Below, in pieces: positions 1-10,222 of a stretch of 64,000 nucleotides of DNA (position 1 is its first letter; each line of letters opens with the position of its first letter). A program made the translations under genes and the position numbers. The stretch is taken from IMG/VR virus record IMGVR_UViG_3300033463_000003; one strand, written 5' to 3'. The notes beneath the pieces are model-generated. The model made no database searches, was not told the origin of the DNA, and saw only the letters and a program-made list of their open reading frames with translations. Source of the stretch: a virus. Lineage: Duplodnaviria > Heunggongvirae > Uroviricota > Caudoviricetes.

Positions 1-1
1 A

Positions 2-1585
2 TTAATTAGTATTATTGCAGAAGATTTTTATATTCCAGATGCATTATTTGTAAAAGAACATCCAGAATCAAAAGCTATTATTGAACGCTATATGGCAGAA
101 ACAGGCACAATTAAAAAAGCTATTGTTGCCCTTATTTTTGCTCTTTGTTTAAAACACCCACAAGAAGTTATTGATGAATTAAAAACATTTATTACTGTTA
201 ACTGTGGTATTTCTAAAAATGAATTAAAAGCAATTATTTCAAGTTGCTTATCCGACCCAGAAATCTTAAAACGTATTGAACTTTGCGTTCGTGGTGCTTT
301 AAGTTATCATGAAGATTTAGAAGAAGGAAAGAAAAAGAAAAAACCATATTCTTCAATGTCAATTACAACTGGTGATATTGCTTATAATATTGCACAATTT
401 AATAAACGCATGGGCACTAATTTCCCAGGTAATGATAATAATAACCCAAGTACTGCTGAAGCACAAGCTGCTGCTGCAAAAGCTAATAATGCAGTTAGCG
501 ATGGTGCAGGTGATGCTTCATCAAGTAGCTCTGCTGGCGAGGGCTCTGGTATAGCCTCTGGTGGTGATGCTGGAGCATCAGCTGGTGAAGGTGCTGGAAT
601 GGGTGAAAGCCTAAAAGAAGGTAAGAAAAAATTTGCAGATGTTTTAATTAAAGTTGCTAAAGAAGCTGCTAAAAAATATAATGAACTTGACCAAGCAGAA
701 AGAGACTGGCTAGAACAAGCTGGAACCTCTATGATTTTTGAAGATCAACCAGAATATTCAGAAATTCTTGACCCATTAAATCATTTTGATATTGAAGATT
801 TAAAAGCTAATGGCATTAATACTGAAGATGAAGATTCAGCTTCTGATGATGCCTTCTGAGCTTTAGATAATAATTTCTGGGAATTTACTAAATCAGCAAC
901 TGAAAGCTTAGAAGCAACTGTTGACCAAGATTTAAATGATAATAGACAACCAGAAAATGAGTTTGATTTAGAATTTGATAAACCACTTGATGCGAATGAA
1001 GTTAGAAAACATGAGGCTGGAATTGAAGAAGATTTGGACCCAATGAAAGCTTGGTATGATGCTGCTCTTGCTATTGCTAAACAAAATAATAAACCTGTTA
1101 TTTATGGTTATTTTTCAAAAGGTAAATATAATCAAGTAGACCCAATTATTTGTGATGATATGATTGCTTGTAATAGAGAATTTATGAAAAAATATCATCC
1201 AAGTGGAAGTATTTTAATTGCATACCCAGATAAACCATTTGTTGAAGAAGTTAATGAAGGCTTAAAAGAAGAGCTTAAAAAAGTTACTACTGAAGAAGAT
1301 TTATTTGACTTATACTATAATAACTGGCTTGACTGCGATGTAGACATTGATGATTTGCATGGTAGTTTTGAAGATGGTTTAAGTGGTAATGAATTTGATG
1401 AAGATGCAGCTTTAGAAATTTATGGCTGGAGTGATGCTTATGATTATCTTGAATCTATGTATGATTTAGGTAAAGATATTCATGATAGAGGTTTACAAGC
1501 AGTAGTTGCAGATGAAATTGCAAATAGAGACCCAAATGATCCAGATGATAAAGAATTACTTGAAGATACAGATATTATAAAATAA
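2..1585 (+). CDS. Acidic multi-domain putative head/internal protein (5' truncated; joins ORFs 92-859 and 1034-1585 through one TGA)
   Basis: Frame is open from base 2. The single TGA at 857-859 reads DAF[W]ALDNNFW in frame with the 1034 ORF, and the gene ends in TAA. Contains an A/G/S linker and ESLKE/ESLE motifs. Confidence 0.75.
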
Positions 1586-1605
1586 AGTATAGAGGAGCAT
1601 ATAAG

Positions 1606-4600
1606 ATGAAAAAAGAATTACATACTTATTACTATATTACAGACCCACATAAATTAGAAGGTACTGTTGTAGCAGCTAATCAAGAAGAGGCATATGTATT
1701 AGCTGAATTAGATTGTGCTGAAAACGGCATTTATGTAGCTGATGAAATTATTACTCTTGAATTATTAGAAAATAAGCAAGAAGAATTAAAAGAAGAAGCA
1801 CATGAAGAAATGCCTAATACTCTTTCAGCTATTTTAGACTATTTAAATAGCGATGAAGATGAAGCTATTGATGGCTATGAAAAAGCTATTGAAAAAATTG
1901 AAAATAAAACAGCAGAACTTAACAATGAACTTGATGCTTTAGAAGAATTAACAGACATTGATAATCCTAAAGATGAAGATTTAGATAGACTCGAAAATGT
2001 TGAAGCTGCTATTGATACACTTGAAAATATTGCTTCAGAGTTAGACCATATTGAAGTTGAAGAAGAAGAGCATAAAGCTGAATTAGAAGATGCTAAAGAT
2101 GATGCTAGACTTGCTAGTATTGATGATTTGAAACTTGAAGAAGCATTAACAGAAGCTATGGCTGATTTAGTTGATGAGGAAATTGAATTTGACCTTGAAG
2201 GTGAAGCTCTTGAAGAAGCAAAACGTAATGTCAAACGTTATTATATTAGACCACAAAATATCTACTGCTCCAATAAAACAGAAATTATTAAAAACTTAAT
2301 TAAACTTGCTGACCAAAACTGCTCTATTTATACTTTAAAAAATTTACCAGATAATAAAGATTTACACTTATTAACTAATAAAGATATTATTTATTACTAT
2401 GATGATGGTATTCTTTATGATAAAAACCACGTTAAAGTAATGGATTATGATTTATATATTAAGCATGAAGAAGAACGTAAAAAATTCCCAGGTGAAAATG
2501 GTGAAGGTGTTTCCGATACTACTTTTGCTGATGAATATGATGATAGAATTACTGATGCTGATTTAGATATGGAAGAAGCATTAGAATTAGATGAAGATAA
2601 AATTTATGTTGGTAAAATTAAGCAAGAAATGGAATTACCATCAGAAATTCACTTACTTTCACAAGATGAAGTTGAACAATTAATTGATTTACTTGAACCT
2701 GAAGAAGAATTTGAAGTCGGCTATGTTAGCCCATTATACTTCTATAAAGAATTATGGGATATCTTGCCAATTTTCAAATGTACTGAAATGTCTGGTTATA
2801 CTGGTGTTGACTTTTCACAAAGTGAAGATAGCGTCCATACTGATGCAGCACAAAGAGTAAAAGATGCACAAGATCAAATTGCTTTGGCTAAAGAAACAGG
2901 CAAACAAGTGTATGTTGGAGCAGATGTTAATTACTCAAATCAAAATAAATTAGTTCATCAATTTAAGAGAACTGATGCTATAGGTAGCAATGTAGTACAA
3001 AGTACAATTTTATTCTACCCAACATCAGAAGCTAAAGTTTGTTATTTCACAAAGCTTCCTGGCCAATCACAGTATCTTAAACTTACAGCTGAACAACTTG
3101 AAAAACATATCTATGATAATTTAGATAAGATTACAAGAAAATTCGATCTAGCAAAAGCTAAAACAAAAGTTTATGATACACTTTATGGTAAATCAGTACA
3201 AGATATTGATAGAGATACCCGTGGTGCTGCAGCATTAGACCCAAAATATATTTATAAATATGAAAGAGATAAACATTCAGTTAGAGCTCTTTATACAACA
3301 CAACTCTATATGTTAAATATTTCAGGAGCTTCTAGACGTGGCCATTCACTTGTTGAGTGTTTAAAAGAAGATTTAGACTTAAATGAAAATACAACTACAG
3401 GCCTCCCAGATTGGACTGAACTTTCTGATAAAGAAGAAGAAAAAGCATTAAATCTTAAATGGGCTGCTAATTTAAACGGTGAAGTTAATGGTATTTCTGG
3501 CGTTAAAGGTGCTCATGTTGATGTTATGTTTAAGTCCGGAAGAAGCTATGTAAAACGTTTTGGTGGTGAGCTTGTTAGAGTTGTCTATAATGATAAGTCT
3601 GAAAGATTAAATGCTAAAATTGCAAAAGATGGCGACTTAAGTAATATTAAAACATATAAATTTGCTGGTTTCTTTGAGCCACAAAAATTCGAAAGCAAAA
3701 CTAGTGGCGAAATAATTACCTACTATTTAGCTACAAAAGATCCAACATTAACATCAAGGCTTGAAACTTATATTGAAGATAAAAAAGATAAAAAAGCAAA
3801 AGCTAAAACTGCTGCTTATAAAGGCGCAAGAGCTGTTAGTAGCTTAACCCCTGAAGAAAAAGCTGAGGCACTTGACTGGTTTGCTAAAAATATAAAGAGT
3901 ATGGATATCACATGCCCAATCGGAAGCCCAACTTATACTGAAGAAGAGGGTGTTGTTGATAGCAGTAACCCAAAAGTCAAGAAAATTACAGATAAATTTA
4001 TTAAAATTAGTAAAGCTTTCCACAATGATTTTGATATTCCAGAAAGTGAACAAGAAGGCTACTTAGATGCAGCTCATAAGGTTCATTTTGGTGTTCGTGA
4101 TGCTGAAAAAGTACATGAAAAAACATTAGAATATTATACTTTCTGGGGATTAACATGTGAAATTGAATTTGCAACAAGCTTAAAAGATGCTAATGGTGTT
4201 GTTTTAGGCTTAATTGAACAAGCCAAGATTGATAGTATCAGAGCAAAGAATTCTGTCACTCCTTGGAAAGAAACAGATACAAGCATTAGTAGTATCTTCT
4301 TATGCTACTCCATTAAAGAATTAGTAAATGATGACTGGAATTTACTTTCAAAGCCTGGACAAGATCCAATTGCCCCAGAAGCAGCAAAAGTCATAGATAA
4401 TACAGAAGAAAACCCATTTGACCAAGAATTTGAGGAAGTTAATGCTTATGGTGAGGCTTTAACTGAAGGCAAGGTTAAAGGTGGAGTTTGCTGCATTTGT
4501 GGTGAAGAAATTGAAGGCTATGGAAATAACCCAGAACCAATTAAGCATGATGGCAGATGCTGTGATGCTTGTAACTTAAAATTTGTTATTCCTGCAAGAT

Positions 4601-4638
4601 TAGAAGGTATTGAAGGCGAACAAGAAGAAGAAGAATAA
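1606..4638 (+). CDS. 1010-aa acidic multi-domain putative head-cargo protein with a ferritin-like helix pair and a C-terminal Zn-binding module
   Basis: GAGGAG RBS. Motifs DEDEAIDGY...HIEVEEEEH and C-terminal CCIC...YGNNP...CCDAC. Many L-X-E linkers. Confidence 0.7.
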   Translation: MKKELHTYYYITDPHKLEGTVVAANQEEAYVLAELDCAENGIYVADEIITLELLENKQEELKEEAHEEMPNTLSAILDYLNSDEDEAIDGYEKAIEKIENKTAELNNELDALEELTDIDNPKDEDLDRLENVEAAIDTLENIASELDHIEVEEEEHKAELEDAKDDARLASIDDLKLEEALTEAMADLVDEEIEFDLEGEALEEAKRNVKRYYIRPQNIYCSNKTEIIKNLIKLADQNCSIYTLKNLPDNKDLHLLTNKDIIYYYDDGILYDKNHVKVMDYDLYIKHEEERKKFPGENGEGVSDTTFADEYDDRITDADLDMEEALELDEDKIYVGKIKQEMELPSEIHLLSQDEVEQLIDLLEPEEEFEVGYVSPLYFYKELWDILPIFKCTEMSGYTGVDFSQSEDSVHTDAAQRVKDAQDQIALAKETGKQVYVGADVNYSNQNKLVHQFKRTDAIGSNVVQSTILFYPTSEAKVCYFTKLPGQSQYLKLTAEQLEKHIYDNLDKITRKFDLAKAKTKVYDTLYGKSVQDIDRDTRGAAALDPKYIYKYERDKHSVRALYTTQLYMLNISGASRRGHSLVECLKEDLDLNENTTTGLPDWTELSDKEEEKALNLKWAANLNGEVNGISGVKGAHVDVMFKSGRSYVKRFGGELVRVVYNDKSERLNAKIAKDGDLSNIKTYKFAGFFEPQKFESKTSGEIITYYLATKDPTLTSRLETYIEDKKDKKAKAKTAAYKGARAVSSLTPEEKAEALDWFAKNIKSMDITCPIGSPTYTEEEGVVDSSNPKVKKITDKFIKISKAFHNDFDIPESEQEGYLDAAHKVHFGVRDAEKVHEKTLEYYTFWGLTCEIEFATSLKDANGVVLGLIEQAKIDSIRAKNSVTPWKETDTSISSIFLCYSIKELVNDDWNLLSKPGQDPIAPEAAKVIDNTEENPFDQEFEEVNAYGEALTEGKVKGGVCCICGEEIEGYGNNPEPIKHDGRCCDACNLKFVIPARLEGIEGEQEEEE

Positions 4639-4658
4639 AAGTAAAGGAAGTAAGTAAA

Positions 4659-6182
4659 ATGCATTATACTGATGAATTACTCGAATCAATTTTAGATGCT
4701 GAACCTACTACTTCAATAGTTACTGCATTAGATAAAACTACTCCATATATGTTAAGATCTGATGGGGCTTTACTTGAATGTAGCACCATCCATCCATATA
4801 TTAAAATGTTTTATAAAGATGACTTTGAAGTAAATTATAATAATCTTTTAGAGCATCCACAATTTTTAGTATGGTTTTATAATAATACTTTACTTCCAGA
4901 AACTAAAGAAGCTATTGCTGAGTTAATTTATTTATCACCTGAGTTAAAAGATTTAATTTCTGAATTAAATATATCAAATCCTAAGCATTTTGATGAAATT
5001 ATAGCTGTTTTTGATAGATTAAATTACCTAACAAATCAAGAATTCTGTCGTGTAAGAACATCAAACTTTAAATATGCTTATGGTGGTGATAATGGTGAAA
5101 TCTACTTTAGAATAAGCTCAACAGGATTTAATTGGTTTGATTTAATCTGAAAAATAGTGTTAAAATTTAAGTCAGCTATTAAATATGTTACTATAATGAG
5201 TGATTATGCAACATTTGGAAAACAATTTGACTATTATAGATATAAAAATATAGTATTCAATAAACTTCCAATTGATGAATTCTTAACACTTCCTGGAAAC
5301 CCAATACTTGAATGTATGTCAAAAGATACTATTGTTGAAACTATTATCAATGAAGCACCTGAAAAACATGATACATTAAATCCTAAATTATTTGGTGAAG
5401 ATGAAAAATTAAAACCAGAAGTCCACGCAAAATTATTAGAAATTGCTGATGATTTTATGGACGGACTAACTGAAGATGATATTAAATTTGACTTAGAAGA
5501 TATTGTTATTGTTGGCTCTAATTGCTCTTATAATTATAACTCTAAATCTGACCTTGATATGCATCTTAGATTTAATACAGAAAGTTTAACATGCCCAGAT
5601 AATTTATACCCACTTATCTATAGTGCTTATAGAAGTATCTGGAATAAAAATCATGACCTTTCAATCTATGGCATCCCTGTTGAAATCTTTGTTGAAACAG
5701 ACCAAGATGTTGATCAACAAGAGCTTATTGCTGCTGACGCTGAAAATGACTTACTAACAGACAATGAAACGCCTCTTACTGAAGCTGCACCTGTTGGTAA
5801 ATTGGTTTCAAATGGTATCTATTCAGTACTTCATAATGATTGAGTAAAGCATCCAGTAAAAGAAGATATCCCAGATATTGATATCGATATGTTTAATAGG
5901 ATATATGATAAATGGGATGCTGCTTATGCTGAAATTGCAGAAAACCCAACCATTGAAGATATTGATGATTTCTTAACAGATTTATATGATTTAAGAAAAC
6001 AAAGTATTGCCCGCGAAGGTGAATATGGTATTGGAAACTTAGTATTTAAAGAATTAAGAAACCGTGAATACCTTGATAATCTAAGAAATATTAAACGTGA
6101 ACTTCGTGATAAAGAGCTATCCCTTGAAAGCTTAGACAAAAAAGAAATTACTGAAGATTACGAAATTTGATTTCAGGACTAA
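4659..6182 (+). CDS. 507-aa protein: unknown N-terminal domain plus Pol-beta-fold nucleotidyltransferase-like domain
   Basis: Joins 3 ORFs via TGA at 5148, 5841 and 6168, ending TAA at 6180-6182 before a terminator. Motif GSNCSYNYNSKSDLDMH (GS..DxD) followed by GIPVEIFVE. Confidence 0.7.
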
Positions 6183-6193
6183 AAATTAATTAT

Positions 6194-6228
6194 AAAAAGA
6201 AGGCAAAAACTAACTGCTTTCTTTTTTA
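6194..6228 (+). terminator. Rho-independent terminator
   Basis: aaaaagaaggca-N9-tgctttcttttt followed by a T-rich tail. Confidence 0.65.
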
Positions 6229-6243
6229 TTTTACTTCTGCATT

Positions 6244-6253
6244 TGCTAAATTA
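6244..6253 (+). promoter_or_regulatory. Putative late promoter TGCTAAATTA
   Basis: One of 12 copies at gene boundaries; lies after a terminator and before an RBS. Confidence 0.7.
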
Positions 6254-6275
6254 TATGATTATTGAGGCGAATGTA

Positions 6276-8108
6276 ATGACTAATGAATTAATGGAAAAAA
6301 TAGTTAAAATTGGTTCAAAATGGCAAGTTCAGTCAGAAAATGGTAGAAATATGGGAACATATGATACTAAGGCTGAAGCTGAAAAAAGGCTCCAACAAGT
6401 CCATTATTTTAAATATGCTAATGAAGAACTAAATGAAGCAGGTAAAAATATTAGGTCAACCTATAGTGATATTAAAAATATTACTAATAAATTTGATAGC
6501 ACACACATTTCTAAAAATGATATTGTAATAAATCTACCTGATCCAGTTAAAGAACAGTATGTAGCTGAAATAAATGCTTTAATTGATAGTCAAGGCAGGC
6601 TATTAAATTATTTAGATGATACCACTGGTAAACAAATACATCATATTAATTTAAAATCACTAGGTGGTGCAGTTAATGACCTTAATAACTTTATAGTAGT
6701 TTACCCAAAAGATCATCTAAATATACATCGTAATCTTAGTAAAAATTTACATGATTATTTAGAAGCTCATCCGAAAGAAATAGCTAAATATAAAGATGCT
6801 GTAAGAGAAACAAGCAATGCTACATCAGTTTTAGCATTAAATGCAGAGGTACCACAAGAAGAATTTATTCGAGAATTTTATAATATGAGTAAATCTCAAA
6901 GTCAAAATAGGCTTCAAATACAACAAAGTTATTCAGAACGTAGATTAAATGCAAATAATACTATTATTAATGATGCTAATGCTAGAGTATTAATTAATTT
7001 TATAAAAGATCAGGCTGGAAATATTTTACCAGATTATGATCATCCAGTAATTAAGTCTACTCGTCAAGCTGCTGCATTTTTATTAACAGATGAGCCAATT
7101 ACAAAAAATATGGCACCAGAGTTAGTTAAAAAAATAGACAATAAAAGAGTAGATATTAGAGACACTGCAAATAAAAATACTAGTTGAATACAATGAGGTT
7201 TTGCTCCTTTTAATGGGGCAGATGATTTTGAAGGCCAGGCATGACTAATTTTAAATAAAAAAGATTTTGATAATCTTGCTATAACAACAGAATCCCTTTT
7301 AGAAGATACTCGTACTCAATTAATTAGTAAATCAAGAAGTGCAGGTCAATATAAAGATCAAAGTCGTGGTAAAAATAGATTTGAAAGAAAGAAACATTCA
7401 CATATAGCTAATCAAGTAAAAAGCTATAATCAAATTGATATGAATGACTTCTTCAAAAAAGATTTATTAGAAGTTAAAATTCCTGTTACTGGCGAAACAA
7501 ATCAATATATTGTTACTATTAAATTAGATGGCATTTGTACAGAAATTCAAAAAAATATTAAAAATAATAAGAATAAATTAGAATATAGAACAATTATACA
7601 AGCAATTACGAAAGTGTTTAACACAAGTGATGTTTATGTCAAATGCACTTGTGCTGATTTCCAATATCGCTTTAATCACTGGTCAATTGTAAATAATTAT
7701 GGTGTTGATGATAGTGCTCATGACCCAGGACCAGGAAAAGGAATTGCTAATCCAAATAATGATAAAGGTATTGGCTGTAAACATATCCTATTAGTATTAG
7801 CTAACTGCGATTGGATTATGAAAGTTGCGTCGGTCATTAACAACTATATTCACTATGCTGAAGAGCATATGCAAAAACCATTCTTAAAAGTTATATTCCC
7901 GAAACTTTATGGAATTCAAGCTGAAGAAATGGTTGAACAAGATTTAATTGATGATGATAAATACTTGGATTCTTCTGTTGGCCTAATTGATGCTATTAAT
8001 GAGTATGGAAAAACTCGTGGTAGATATAAAGCTGGCACAAATAAAAACCCAGTTACTGGAACAGGCGGTAGGACTAAAAAAGCTGCTGAAGAACCAGAAG
8101 AAGAATAA
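6276..8108 (+). CDS. 610-aa multi-domain protein: small N-terminal module, HNH-like motif, SWIM-like Zn finger domain
   Basis: GAGG RBS before ATG 6276. Three TGAs between 7185 and about 7245 join ORFs 6243-7187 and 7440-8108. Motifs IHHINLKSLGG..N..NFIVV..DHLNIH and CTCADF...GCKH. Confidence 0.7.
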
Positions 8109-8151
8109 TTTATAAATTATTGTATAATATAAAAGGAGAGTGGACGAATAG

Positions 8152-10206
8152 ATGATATCTAACGTTGAAAATATATCTCAAGCATTAAATAACTTATCTG
8201 AAGAAGAAAAGCAGGCTGCTCTTGAAATTTTAAAAGAAATGGCTGCTCAAGGTAAATCAGATCTTTTAGATAGTTTAAAATATAGCGATTTTGCTGAAAT
8301 ACCTGTTGGTATTGAAGAGTTTTTAGATAACGATTTATACTTAGGTAAGGGTATTTGAGAACGTGATGAAGTTACGGGTGAACGTAGATGCACCCTTTTT
8401 CCATATTGACGTGATACACTTAAAAAAGTATTTCCAGATAATTTAACAACCGCCTACAATACATTGATATTGACAGGCTCAATTGGTTTAGGTAAAACTT
8501 TGTGTGCTGTTTTATGCATGCTTTATTTATTATACAGAATGTTATGCTTAAAAGATCCATATTCTTATTATAGAATGATGCCTTCTGATAAGATTTCATT
8601 TTCAATGTTAAATATTACCTTAGATACAGCTCAAGGTGTTGGTTGGGATAAGCTACAGCAGCTAGTTCAAAATTCACCATGATTTTTAGAGCATGGTGCT
8701 ATGAATGCTAGCAGAACAAATCCTATGTGGCAACCAGATAAACATATTGAGCTTATTTTTGGTTCTAGTAATAACCACGTCGTAGGCCGTGCACTATTCT
8801 GCAATTTTACAGATGAAGTTAACTTTGGTATCGGCGGCGATGTTGAAAAGAAAAAAGCAAAGCAAAAGAAACTTATTGCCCAAATCGATGCTCGTATGAA
8901 ATCACGTTTTGGTAAAGGAACATATCTACCAACTCTAAATATTATTGCATCATCTAAAGATACAGAGCAAGCATTCTTAGATTCATATATTAATACTAAG
9001 AGGCAAAATGAAAGTAAAACGACTCTTATTATTGATGAACCACAATGGGTTGTTAGAAATGATAAAGGAACACCAAATGACCCTGGTTCATTCTGGGTTG
9101 CTGTTGGTGGTAAATTCTTAGCTCATGAGCTTCTTCCAGTTGGTGCTGATGAAGCAATGGTTGATAGCTTCCGCGATAAGGGCTATCAAATGCTCAAAGT
9201 CCCACCTATATTCCGTGAAGATTTTGAAACAAACCTAGAACAAGCCTTAATGGATATTGCTGGTTTATCAAGTGCTTCAAGTACAAAATATATTTCTGGT
9301 ATAAGATTAAATCAGGCAAAAGTTGATACATATGTAAATCCATTTACAAAAGATATAATTGAAGTTGGTAATAATCCTGATGATCACTATCAATATGCTA
9401 ACTTCTTCGATTTATCTGCAGTAAGTGGTGATGACTTAGCAAAACCACTATTTATTCATCTTGATATGTCGTTATCAGGGGACAAAACTGGTATTGCTGG
9501 AGTCTGAATTACTGGAAAGCGACCAACACGTGAAGGTGAAGAAGCATCCAGGGAATTACAATATAAACTAGCATTTTCTGTATCAGTTAAAGCACCTAAG
9601 GGTTTCCAAGTTAGCTTTGAAAAAAATAGAAACTTTATTAGATGATTACGTGATAGAGGATTTACTATTAAGGGTATTTCATCTGATACCTTCCAATCAG
9701 CACAAATTCAACAAGATTTAAAAAGTGATGGATTTGATACACAAATTATATCTGTTGACCGTGTTGACACTCAAAGTAAGATTTGTATACCATACCATTA
9801 TTTACAGTCAGCTATTTATGAACGACGTATACAAATATATAAAAAATGTGATTTATTAACAGATGAATTAATTGGCCTTGAGCGACTATCAAATGGTAAA
9901 ATTGACCACACACCTGATGGAATTAACTCAAAGGACCAAGCTGACGCAGTGTGTGGTGCCCTATATCTGGCTAGTAAGTTTGCTGAAGAATACGCCTATG
10001 ATTATGGTGAAAGCTTAGAAGCAACAGTAGATGCAAATACTGAACTTACTGAAGAAGATAGAAGAAAACAGATGATTGCAGATTGACAGACTGAATTGGC
10101 TAAAATATATATGGCCGAACAGAAAGCAATTGATGCAGAAACGGCTAAGAAAAAAGCCGATTATGAGTATTATAAGGACCTAAGTGATGGTATTATAATT
10201 ATATAA
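8152..10206 (+). CDS. terL: Terminase large subunit (684 aa)
   Basis: Six in-frame TGAs (8356, 8407, 8680, 9505, 9643, 10084). Walker A GSIGLGKT, Walker B FTDE, nuclease motifs IHLDMS..GD and KDQADAVCGA. Directly upstream of the portal. Confidence 0.92.
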
Positions 10207-10222
10207 AGAATAGGAGAATACT

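Noticed and set aside
6440-7300. Intein or group I intron around the HNH-like motif
   Set aside because: No Cys/Ser...His-Asn splice junction motifs were recognised, and the frame is continuous.
8152-10206. Fragmented terminase and other split genes as pseudogenes or a decayed prophage
   Set aside because: All breaks are in-frame TGA only, with no frameshifts or TAA/TAG, and the catalytic motifs are intact.
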